Below, piece by piece: positions 8,381 through 16,460 of a stretch of 44,934 nucleotides of DNA. Position 1 is the stretch's first letter. Every line of letters starts with the position of its first letter. The notes below the pieces were generated by a model. The model was not told where the DNA came from. It searched no databases and saw only the letters and a program-made list of their open reading frames with translations. A program made the position numbers and the translations under genes. Source of the stretch: an uncultured Thermoplasmatales archaeon (GTDB taxonomy: Archaea; Thermoplasmatota; SW-10-69-26; JACQPN01; CAZDGP01); assembly GCA_964505085.1 (NCBI GenBank), contig CAZDGP010000001.1:93292-138225 (forward strand), written 5' to 3'.

Positions 8381-10861
8381 CTAGAAGTCGAGGAGGCTCT
8401 GCTGGGAGGGCTTGCCCTTGAGCTCGTCCTCGCTGTACCCGAAGTGCTCCAGCACCCGGTGGGCGGCGGGCACAACCTGCTTGTCGATGTAGTACCCGGC
8501 ATCCACCTCGTCCTCCGGCGAGAGGAACCGGGTGAGCTTCGCCCGTTCGCTCATGTTCGGGGCGCCCGAGCTCCTCGGGGTCCCGCCCTCCATGCTGAGG
8601 CCCTCGTAATCAGGATCGTGGGCGCGGTGGGAGAGGATCACGTACCCCACCTTCGCACCCACGGGCACCTCGAACTCCGGGTTCTCCGCCGCCGCAGCCT
8701 CCACCGCCAACACGTGGGCTCCCTTCACCTTGTACGTCTCCGGCCGCTGCGTGAGCGTCTTGTGGACCGTGAGATCCTCCACCGGGACCTCCCCAGCCTT
8801 CAACCGCTCCACCGTCTCCTGCACGTGGCGGGCTGCCTCATCGGGGTCCCGCTCCCGAAGCACGAGGTCGAGGACATCCTGCTGGATGCGTTTGGCCAGG
8901 TCGCACCAGTCCCCCCGCCGCACCTCCAGGCCCTTCACCACCATGCGGCCCTCCCCGGTGAGGCCCGCGTACCGCTTCTTCGCTCCCGTGAAGAAGATGA
9001 CCTCGTAGGCCTCCTCCATCTCGAGCTCCAGGGGAAGCTCCCGGTTCATCTCCTCGACGAAGGCCGGGACATCCGCCGTCTCGTGGACGAAGAGGCTGTC
9101 GGTGTCCCCGTAGATGACGTCGATGCCGCGCTCCTCCGCCTGCTCGATGACGTCCCGGATGAGGTGGCGACCCCACGCCGTGGTGGCTTCGGCGCACTCT
9201 CGGCTGTACCATCGCGCCTGCTGCCACCCCATGTACCCGTAGAAGCTGTTGGTGAGGACCTTCAGCGCCTGCTGGCGGATGTCCAGCAACCGCGCTTCGT
9301 CGCTTCCATCGGGAGCCCCTGCGAGCTCCTCCTTGAGCTCCCGGCGCCGCCCCGTGAGGTCCTGGAGGATGCTGCGGAAGAAGCCCTCGGGCTCCTCGCG
9401 GAACCGGTGCCCCACCTCCGGCGCCTCGTGGCACGTGTCGCAGGGCTCCCCCGCGGGTACGAACGTGTCGGGGCTGATGTTGTACGCGATCATGATGCTG
9501 GGGTACATGGCGCTGAAGTCCAGCGCCCGGATGTCCTCGTGGAGACCTCCCGTGGGCTCCATCACCCACCCGCCCTCGATGACGTCCCCCCGGCTCCCGC
9601 CACCGCGGTTGGGCACGAGGCGTCCCCTGTGGTGGGCGGCGTCCACGAGGTACCAGTCCACCTGCCGGCCGCGCCCCATCTTCGTGACGTCGGTGAGAGG
9701 CTGCTTGGCCATGCGGGCGAAGGCGATCTGGAGGGGGATGAGGCGCCGGCCCATCTCCAGGGTGGACTCCACGTCGTCGCGGGCGTACTCCAACAGGACG
9801 GGGCGACGGTCGGGGTCGTCCCACGCGTCGGCGATCTCGTCGCCGGGGATGGTGGTGCGCTCCGCCTCGTCCACGATACCCAGGTGCTCGCTCACGTTCT
9901 CCAGGGTCTTCACCTTCACCTCGGGGAGGTCCCGGCGCGCCACCTGGAAGAGGTCCACGTTGGCCCGACCTCCGACGTCCACACGCCGGTTGGGCCCGAA
10001 ACGCCGGAACTCGGGCTCGCTCCCATCCCGCCCCATGGTGAGCTCGATACCGTGGGCCTCCGCGCGGTCCCGAAGGTACGGCATGTCGAACCCGTCGCCG
10101 TTGTACGTGAGCAGCACGTCCGGATCCTCCTCCTCCAGGAGGGAGAGGAACCGCCGGATCACGGGCGCGTCGTCGATGCTGCCAAGGTCGTCCTCCTCCG
10201 CCTCCAGGAGCTCCACGCGACCCCCACTGGTGGCCACGGCGCAGACGATGATGGGGTCCCGCTCGGCGTTGGGGGTCGTCCGGGGGTTGTGCACCTCCAG
10301 GTCGAAGGCCATGAGCCTGAGCGGTGCCTCCGTGGCCTCCACCTCGAAGCCCTCCGGGTCCAGGGCGAACCACCCGTCCTCGCGGTGCTCCGCCGTGAAC
10401 CGGATGCCGTCCACGGGTCGGAGCCCCTTGTCGATGAGGTACCGGTAGTGGTAGGGCACGTTCGCTTCCAGGACCTCGTCGACGCCGTCGACGCGCGCCG
10501 CCACCTCCCGGAGCCCCGGTACGTCCCCCGGGTGGTGAGCCCACACCCGCACCACCTCCAGGGGCTCCAGGCCAAGCTGTCGCGTCACCACCTCGGTGCG
10601 AGCCGGCTCCACGCCCTGAGCGTCCACGGCGGCCACGGCCTCCCCCAGCGTGGCAGCGTCCACGCCGGGTTCCGGAACGCAGTAGAAGTAGGGCTCGAAC
10701 TCCGTGTCCAGCACGGTGACCACGGCGTCCCCCACCCGCACCCACAGGCGGAGGACGGTCCGACCCCCGTAGCTTGTGGGTTCCACGTCCAGCAGGAAGC
10801 CCTCCATGCGTTCCCCGTCCTCCAGGGGAGAGGGGTCCAGGGCGTGCTCGTGTCCCGGCAT
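8381..10861 (-). CDS. polB: family B DNA polymerase (PolB)
   Basis: Motifs present: Exo I MAFDLEV, Exo II YNGDGFDMPYL, Exo III YARDDVEST, Pol A DFSAMYPSIM, Pol B KVLTNSFYGY, Pol C YGDTDS, and the N-terminus MEGFLLDVE typical of archaeal PolB. The start is either ATG 10861 (826 aa) or ATG 10807 (808 aa, best fit to the conserved N-terminus). The 8381-11713 ORF overruns the divergent prenyltransferase gene. No intein. Confidence 0.93.
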   Translation of the reverse strand: MPGHEHALDPSPLEDGERMEGFLLDVEPTSYGGRTVLRLWVRVGDAVVTVLDTEFEPYFYCVPEPGVDAATLGEAVAAVDAQGVEPARTEVVTRQLGLEPLEVVRVWAHHPGDVPGLREVAARVDGVDEVLEANVPYHYRYLIDKGLRPVDGIRFTAEHREDGWFALDPEGFEVEATEAPLRLMAFDLEVHNPRTTPNAERDPIIVCAVATSGGRVELLEAEEDDLGSIDDAPVIRRFLSLLEEEDPDVLLTYNGDGFDMPYLRDRAEAHGIELTMGRDGSEPEFRRFGPNRRVDVGGRANVDLFQVARRDLPEVKVKTLENVSEHLGIVDEAERTTIPGDEIADAWDDPDRRPVLLEYARDDVESTLEMGRRLIPLQIAFARMAKQPLTDVTKMGRGRQVDWYLVDAAHHRGRLVPNRGGGSRGDVIEGGWVMEPTGGLHEDIRALDFSAMYPSIMIAYNISPDTFVPAGEPCDTCHEAPEVGHRFREEPEGFFRSILQDLTGRRRELKEELAGAPDGSDEARLLDIRQQALKVLTNSFYGYMGWQQARWYSRECAEATTAWGRHLIRDVIEQAEERGIDVIYGDTDSLFVHETADVPAFVEEMNRELPLELEMEEAYEVIFFTGAKKRYAGLTGEGRMVVKGLEVRRGDWCDLAKRIQQDVLDLVLRERDPDEAARHVQETVERLKAGEVPVEDLTVHKTLTQRPETYKVKGAHVLAVEAAAAENPEFEVPVGAKVGYVILSHRAHDPDYEGLSMEGGTPRSSGAPNMSERAKLTRFLSPEDEVDAGYYIDKQVVPAAHRVLEHFGYSEDELKGKPSQQSLLDF

Positions 10862-10923
10862 AGCTGCGCCATGGGGAACCAGCGCCTTGAACCTCACGCT
10901 GCCAGCACCCACCATGACCGAAC

Positions 10924-10933
10924 CCTTTAAAGG
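10924..10933. promoter_or_regulatory. palindromic TATA element CCTTTAAAGG in the polB / DGGGPS divergent gap
   Basis: Perfect 10-bp palindrome. Its centre is about 26-27 nt from ATG 10955 of the plus-strand gene, which predicts a leaderless mRNA. The symmetric position on the other side is about 10902, upstream of the polB ATGs at 10861 and 10807. Confidence 0.5.
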
Positions 10934-10954
10934 CCGGTTGGGGGTTGTCGAACC

Positions 10955-11794
10955 ATGAACGTCCCCGCGGCATGGCGCATGCTCCGACCGGCCAACGGCG
11001 CCATGACGGCCGTGGCCGTGGGCGTCGGCGCCGTGGTCGCGGGTGCCCCGTGGACCGCTTGGGTCACCGTGGTAGCAGGAGCGCTGGCGGGGTTCCTCTT
11101 CACCGGCGCGGGCAACGTCCTCAACGACGTGGTGGACCGGGAGGTGGACCGCGTGGCCCACCCCCAACGACCCATCCCCCAGGGGGAGATCACCGCCAGC
11201 GAGGCGCGGGTGCTGAGCGGGGGGCTCTTCCTCGCGGGTCTCGTCGCCGGCGCCTTCACCGGCACCGTGGGCTTCGCCATCGTCGTGACCGCCCTGGTGC
11301 TCCTGCTCTCCTACGAGGCTGGGCTCAAGCATCGGGGGTTCGCCGGGAACGCCACCGTCGGCGTCCTCACGGGGCTTCCTTTCGTCCTGGGGGGAGCCGC
11401 CGCAGGCTCCCTGGGTCCGGTGGTCCTCGTCCTGGGGGCGCTCGCGGCCCTGGCAACCCTCGGGCGGGAGCTCCTGAAGGACATCCAGGACATGGACGCC
11501 GACGTGGACCGGGTGACGCTCCCGCAGACCCTGGGCGCCGGCCACACCGCTGCCGTGGCGGGGGCCATCCTCGTGGTGGCGGTGGTGCTCTCGCCCGTCC
11601 CCCTCATGGTGGAGGAGGGGTTGCACCTGGCGTACCTCCCCGTGGTCCTGCTGAGCGACGCGGGGTTCCTGGGAGCCGCCTGGCGGGGGATGCGTGATCC
11701 CGCGGGGGCGCAACGGTTGGCCAAGCTCAGCATGGGGGTGGCTCTGGGCGCGTTCCTCATGGGCCGCCTCGCACCGGAGGTCGTGTTCCCGTGA
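10955..11794 (+). CDS. UbiA-family prenyltransferase, probable digeranylgeranylglyceryl phosphate (DGGGP) synthase
   Basis: 279 aa, polytopic. It has the Asp-rich motif NDVVDREVDRVAHPQRPIP and a second motif KDIQDMDADVD. It is directly coupled to GGGP synthase downstream. Confidence 0.8.
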   Translation: MNVPAAWRMLRPANGAMTAVAVGVGAVVAGAPWTAWVTVVAGALAGFLFTGAGNVLNDVVDREVDRVAHPQRPIPQGEITASEARVLSGGLFLAGLVAGAFTGTVGFAIVVTALVLLLSYEAGLKHRGFAGNATVGVLTGLPFVLGGAAAGSLGPVVLVLGALAALATLGRELLKDIQDMDADVDRVTLPQTLGAGHTAAVAGAILVVAVVLSPVPLMVEEGLHLAYLPVVLLSDAGFLGAAWRGMRDPAGAQRLAKLSMGVALGAFLMGRLAPEVVFP

Positions 11795-12537
11795 CGACGG
11801 TATGGTCTACGATCCAAGAGAAGCTCGACGACGGACCGCTGCACTTCACCCTCCTGGACCCGGCCACGAGCCCGGGGGAGGACGGGGCGGGTATCGCCGC
11901 CCGCGTGGAGGAGTTCGGCACCGACGCCATCCTCGTGGGTGGGTCCACAGGGGTCACATCCCAGAACCTCGATGCCCTCGTGCGCGGCATCCAGTCCACC
12001 ACGGACCTCCCCGTGGTGCACTTCCCCGGATCGGCCGGAGCCATCAGCCCCAGCGTGGATGCCATCCTCTTCATGAGCACGCTGAACAGCCGGAACGTCC
12101 GGTACGTGGTGGGGGAGCAGCTCGAGGGGGCTCCCGTGGTGCGGGAGCTTGGCATCGAACCCATCGGGATGGGTTACGTCATCGTGGACCCCGGCATGAC
12201 CGTGGGGGAGGTGAGCGAGGCGAACCTCGTGCCCCGGGACGGGGAGGGAGCGCGGCAGGCTGCCTCCTACGCCCTGGTGGCTGAGTACTTCGGCATGGAG
12301 CTCCTCTACCTCGAGGCCGGAAGCGGCGCACCCGCGCCGGTGCCACCGGAGCTGGTGCGCGCTGCCAGGGAGGCCTCCTCCATCCCCCTCGTCGTAGGCG
12401 GCGGCATCCGCTCGGGGGAGGATGCGGGGCGGCTCGTGAAGGCCGGCGCGGACGTGGTGGTGACGGGGACCATCGCCGAGAACGGGGACTACGAGGTGCT
12501 CGAGGACGTGGTCCACACCGTGAAGGGCTCCCCGTAA
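11791..12537 (+). CDS. geranylgeranylglyceryl phosphate (GGGP) synthase (PcrB/GGGPS family)
   Basis: 248 aa. Motifs: HFTLLDP, ILVGGS, LYLEAGSGA, PLVVGGGIRS. This is the TIM-barrel GGGPS signature. The GTG start 11791 overlaps the upstream TGA (GTGA). Confidence 0.88.
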   Translation: MTTVWSTIQEKLDDGPLHFTLLDPATSPGEDGAGIAARVEEFGTDAILVGGSTGVTSQNLDALVRGIQSTTDLPVVHFPGSAGAISPSVDAILFMSTLNSRNVRYVVGEQLEGAPVVRELGIEPIGMGYVIVDPGMTVGEVSEANLVPRDGEGARQAASYALVAEYFGMELLYLEAGSGAPAPVPPELVRAAREASSIPLVVGGGIRSGEDAGRLVKAGADVVVTGTIAENGDYEVLEDVVHTVKGSP

Positions 12538-12630
12538 CCCGTCCCTGGCACCAACCCCTTCCCACCCGCTCCCCCACGCCCCTTGGGAGAGGTCCGAGGG
12601 TTCTTGAGCGAGGACCGCACATCCTCCTCC

Positions 12631-13521
12631 ATGAGCGTGAGCTCCCACGCCCGGGACATCGAGACGATGCGCGTGCGAGGCGCCGGCGCCATCGCCCGCC
12701 ACGCAGCGGAGGCGCTGGCGGACTGGGCCCGCACCGCCGACCCCGGTGCTGGCTTCGAGGAGGAGCTCGAGCACCACGTGGCGCGACTCGCCGCCACGCG
12801 ACCCAGCGCCGTGAGCCTCCACAACGCCCTGGCCTTCATCCAGCGGGCGGCCGCCGGGTCCCCCGGCGACCCCGACGCGGTGATGGAGGCGGCGGAGACC
12901 TTCATGGAGCGGAGCCTAAGCGCGCTCACCGAGTTGGGGGAGCGGGGTGCGCACCTGGTGCCCCGGGAGGGTCGCGTGCTCACGCACTGCAACAGCCAGG
13001 CGGTGCTCAGCGTCCTCGAGGCCGCCTGGGAGGGCGGGGCGCGCGTCCACGTCATCGCCACCGAGACACGCCCCTGGCGCCAGGGCCTCATCACGGTGAC
13101 GCAGCTCTCGGAGGCTGGGATCCCCTCGAGCCTCATCGTGGACAACGCCGCGAACCTCCTCCTCACCACGGTGGATGCCGTCCTCGTCGGCTGCGACAGC
13201 ATCGCGGCCAACGGTGACATCGTGAACAAGGTTGGCACCTCCACCATCGCCATGGCGTGTCAGCAACATGGTGTGCCCTTCTACGTGTGCGCGGAGACCT
13301 ACAAGGTGAACTTGGATGCGCCCACGGGGGCCGACGTCGACATCGAGGAGCGTGACACCACGGAGGTGGTGGAACCGGGGGAGGTCCCGGAGGACGTGGA
13401 GGTGCTGAACCCTGTCTTCGACATCACACCCCACGAGCACGTTACCGCCATCCTCACGGAGCAGGGGCCGCTGGACCCCGGCGACGTGGAGGATGCCGCC
13501 CGACGCGCTTGGGGCGCCTAG
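12631..13521 (+). CDS. e2b2: ribose-1,5-bisphosphate isomerase (e2b2 / aIF-2B-II family)
   Basis: 296 aa from ATG 12631. Motifs: VRGAGAIARHAAEAL, TRPSAVSL, THCNS, ATETRPWRQG, CDSIAANGDIVNKVGT, CAETYK, NPVFDITP. It reads collinear with the characterised Thermococcus R15P isomerase as recalled from memory. A methylthioribose-1-P isomerase paralog cannot be formally excluded. Confidence 0.8.
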   Translation: MSVSSHARDIETMRVRGAGAIARHAAEALADWARTADPGAGFEEELEHHVARLAATRPSAVSLHNALAFIQRAAAGSPGDPDAVMEAAETFMERSLSALTELGERGAHLVPREGRVLTHCNSQAVLSVLEAAWEGGARVHVIATETRPWRQGLITVTQLSEAGIPSSLIVDNAANLLLTTVDAVLVGCDSIAANGDIVNKVGTSTIAMACQQHGVPFYVCAETYKVNLDAPTGADVDIEERDTTEVVEPGEVPEDVEVLNPVFDITPHEHVTAILTEQGPLDPGDVEDAARRAWGA

Positions 13522-14387
13522 TCGGGGACGCCCACCCGCACCCCCCGAACTTTGAAAGCTTCCGCGAGGTGGTGGATGCGCTCCGCCGTGGCGTCCTCGT
13601 CGAAGATCTCCTCACCGAACCCCTCGTAGGGCGTCCCCCGGAGCGCTCTAAGGGTCGCGGGTTGAGCCTTCTCGCGGTAGTTCCACTGCCCGAAGAAGAC
13701 GCGGTCCACGCCGGTGGCGGCGACGCGGTCCGCCACGTTCGCCGGGGCCCACCCGTCGGTGAGGGGGTAGGTGGGTGCAAGGCTCGCGTACGTCGGGATG
13801 CCGGCAGCGTGGATGCGCTCCAACGCCCGCAACCGCCCCGCCACCGGGGGTGCCTGCGGTTCCACCGCCTGGCGGAACCCATCGTCCAGGGTGGGGACGC
13901 TCACGCCCACGCGGAGGTCGTCGAATCCCTCGAGGAGGTCCAGGTCCCGGAGGACAAGGGGGCTGCGGGTGAGCACCCTGAGGGGCCACTGGACGCGAAG
14001 CAGGACCTCGAGGCACCGCCGCGTGAGCTCGTAGCGGCCCTCGGCGGGTTGGTAGGGGTCGGTGGCGCTGCTCAGGAAGACGAGCCCGGGGTCCCGGCGG
14101 CGGACCTCGCGGCTCAGGAGCCGGGGCAGGTTCCGCTTGGCCTTCACCCATCCGCCCCAGGGAGCTTGCTCCCGGTGGGTGACGCTGGGTACGTAGCAGT
14201 ACCGGCACCCGTGGGTGCATCCCAGGTAGGGGTTGAGGCTGTACGGGGTCCCCGGGAGGCCGCAGTCCGTGAGTCCGCTGCGGGCATCCACCTCCTCAAC
14301 GTTGTCCCCGGGTGTCCTGTCCCTGGGCGGGGTGGGGCGGGACCCGTCCCGGAAGTGGTCCAGCGTGGTGGATGCCGGGCTCGCCAT
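13518..14387 (-). CDS. radical SAM protein (SplB / DNA-photolyase-like COG1533 type)
   Basis: 289 aa with the CxxxCxxC cluster in LGCTHGCRYCYVP near the N-terminus and a TIM-barrel-like remainder. Its stop overlaps the e2b2 stop in a shared CTAG (13518-13521). Confidence 0.75.
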   Translation of the reverse strand: MASPASTTLDHFRDGSRPTPPRDRTPGDNVEEVDARSGLTDCGLPGTPYSLNPYLGCTHGCRYCYVPSVTHREQAPWGGWVKAKRNLPRLLSREVRRRDPGLVFLSSATDPYQPAEGRYELTRRCLEVLLRVQWPLRVLTRSPLVLRDLDLLEGFDDLRVGVSVPTLDDGFRQAVEPQAPPVAGRLRALERIHAAGIPTYASLAPTYPLTDGWAPANVADRVAATGVDRVFFGQWNYREKAQPATLRALRGTPYEGFGEEIFDEDATAERIHHLAEAFKVRGVRVGVPD

Positions 14388-14454
14388 GTCGTTGAGAGGT
14401 CAGGGGGAGGATGGGTGAAGGTTCCCCGTGGGGTAGCCCGGAACTACGGGTCCA

Positions 14455-15141
14455 CTACGCGTGGTCCCCGCCGTCCTCGCCAGCGCGGAGGCGGCGCACC
14501 GCCGCCATCACGAGGAGGCCGATGGCGGCGAGGAGCACCATGAGGACGGCGCCGTAGAGGGACCGGAGCTCGAGGCTCGCGGCCAAGGCCTCCGGGAGCA
14601 CGATCCCCACGATGCGGGTAAGGATGATGGCTCCACCGACGATGAGGGCGGCGAGGAGGAGCGTGCGGCGGCTCCGGTTCACGCGGTGCTCCATGGTCCG
14701 TAGCACGCGGCTGCGGACATCTCGGTCCGGGGTGTCGTCGTCCTCCCGGGTGCCAAGGCGATCCTGGAGGCTCGCACCCTCCCGGGCACCTAGCATGGCC
14801 TGCAGGAGCACCGCGAGCCCCAGCGCTCCCGCCAGGGCGATGACCCAATCCAGCACGGTGGGGAGGCCCAGGCGGTAGGGAGTGGGCGCCAGGACGATGA
14901 GGACGGTGCCCCAAAGCGTCCAGTTCACCCGGCATCGGAGAACACCCAGAAGGCCCACGAGTCCCCCTGCTCCCGCCAGGGCGAACCCGAGGAGAAGCGA
15001 CCCGCCGACGCCGTCGAGGATGGGGCGTCCCCTAAGCACGAGGGTGACAGCTGCCGCCGTGGCCACGAGGAGCCCCAGGAGCGCCTGGCCCCGCGGCAGG
15101 TGCTCGCGGACCCTCTCGACGGGCGGTCCTCCGTTGCTCAT
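14455..15141 (-). CDS. hypothetical polytopic membrane protein, last gene of the giant-protein string
   Basis: 228 aa with 4-5 hydrophobic segments separated by an Arg/Asp-rich loop. ATG 15141 overlaps the DUF58 stop (ATGA). No family recognised. Confidence 0.6.
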   Translation of the reverse strand: MSNGGPPVERVREHLPRGQALLGLLVATAAAVTLVLRGRPILDGVGGSLLLGFALAGAGGLVGLLGVLRCRVNWTLWGTVLIVLAPTPYRLGLPTVLDWVIALAGALGLAVLLQAMLGAREGASLQDRLGTREDDDTPDRDVRSRVLRTMEHRVNRSRRTLLLAALIVGGAIILTRIVGIVLPEALAASLELRSLYGAVLMVLLAAIGLLVMAAVRRLRAGEDGGDHA

Positions 15142-16460
15142 CGGTTCATCACCCTCCCCAAGGCCATCTCCAGGGTCTCACCGGGTTCCCAGTTCACGAT
15201 GTTCGCGTCGTACCCGCGGAGCATCCGGAGGTTCTCCTGCCGCTCGAGGGTCCCCAGCTCGTGCTCGGTGCGGCCGCCGTTCAGGCGCTCCGGCTCCACC
15301 TCCGGTACCGGTGGCACGACCACGGTGACGTAGAGGTCCCGAGCGCGCAGGTTCCGCACCGCCCGGGCCACGGAGGGGTCCGCGGCGAGGTTGCTCACGA
15401 TGACCACGGGCGTCCGGGGGCTGAGGCTGGGAAGGATCTCGTCCACGACCTCCCCCAGCGTCATGGCACCGCGTCCAGGCTCCTGAACCATGAGCTCGCG
15501 GACGTCGTGGGACATGCGCTCTGCGCCCTGGGGCTCCACCTCCGTCAACCCGTCACCGTAGGCCAGCACCTGGACGCGGTCCCGGTTCCCGAAGAAGTAC
15601 CCCATGAGGCTCACCACGGCGCGGGCACCGTACACGTTGGCGTTGGCGCCGGCGGTGCCCAGGGTGCTCACCTCCCGGGCATCGAAGAGAAGCGTAACGA
15701 GGGTCTGGGATTCCCGCTCCCACTGGTTCACGATGAGCTCGTCGTCGCCGCTCTTGCTGCTCGCCTTCCAGTTCACGGACCGCATGGGGTCCCCCGGGAG
15801 GTAGTCGCGGAGGGCGAAGAAGTCCGTGCCGCCGCCGGGTTGCCCCGTGTGGAAGGCTCCGCTCACGAGGAAGGGCTGGCGGGCGTTGGCGAGCACGTCG
15901 TCCAGGTCCTCCGGGCGTGGGAACACCTTCAGGCTCTCGACGCCTCCGGCGGCCTCGTCCCGAACGAAGAACCCGAAGGCGTCGCGGAGCCGAAGCTCCA
16001 CCGGGCCCACGTCGAAGGTTCCCTTCACCGGGCTCGTGACCTCGTAGCGGAGCTCCTCCCCCGCGGCATCGTCGAGGTCCAAGAGGTCGTAGTTGCTGCC
16101 CTCGGTGAGGGTCATGGCATCCTCCAGGCGGTCCCGGATCTCGAAGCTCGCGTTGCCACCGCCGCGGGCTGTCCGCACCCGGAGGACCACAGCCACGGCA
16201 TCCCGCTCGCTGGTGGTGCGCTTCCCCATCTCCCGCTCCACCTCCACGTCCAACCCCCCCACCTGCACCGCTCCCAGCGTCAGAAGGGTGACGAGCACGA
16301 GGCCCGCCGCCGTGGGCAGGGGGTTGCCCAGGGCCAACCCCGCGAAGAGGAGCACGAGGGCAGCGGTGGCCGCAGCCCCCCCGCGGGGCGTGAGCTCCGG
16401 GAGGTGCAGGCGGTCCTTCAGGCTAGGTTGGGCCTCCGGCTCCGTCGAGGGGTCCGTCAC
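15138..16460 (-). CDS. DUF58 domain protein (vWA-like partner of MoxR-type systems)
   Basis: 440 aa. Two N-terminal TM segments, then the DUF58 hallmark FFALRDYLPGDPMRSVNWKASSKSGDDELIVNQWERE. The GTG start 16460 overlaps the DUF4350 stop (GTGA), with GGAGGTGA 4 nt upstream. Confidence 0.85.
   Translation of the reverse strand: MTDPSTEPEAQPSLKDRLHLPELTPRGGAAATAALVLLFAGLALGNPLPTAAGLVLVTLLTLGAVQVGGLDVEVEREMGKRTTSERDAVAVVLRVRTARGGGNASFEIRDRLEDAMTLTEGSNYDLLDLDDAAGEELRYEVTSPVKGTFDVGPVELRLRDAFGFFVRDEAAGGVESLKVFPRPEDLDDVLANARQPFLVSGAFHTGQPGGGTDFFALRDYLPGDPMRSVNWKASSKSGDDELIVNQWERESQTLVTLLFDAREVSTLGTAGANANVYGARAVVSLMGYFFGNRDRVQVLAYGDGLTEVEPQGAERMSHDVRELMVQEPGRGAMTLGEVVDEILPSLSPRTPVVIVSNLAADPSVARAVRNLRARDLYVTVVVPPVPEVEPERLNGGRTEHELGTLERQENLRMLRGYDANIVNWEPGETLEMALGRVMNR

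Noticed and set aside
10862-11713. Upstream extension of the polB ORF to 11713 (1110 aa).
   Set aside because: The extension is Gly/Arg/His filler antisense to the well-supported UbiA-family gene. The PolB N-terminal domain begins at MEGFLLDVE.
14388-14454. Possible promoter or terminator in the 67-nt gap between the membrane protein and the radical-SAM gene.
   Set aside because: No AT-rich box, SD or convincing hairpin could be read. Whether the radical-SAM gene belongs to the upstream operon cannot be decided from sequence alone.
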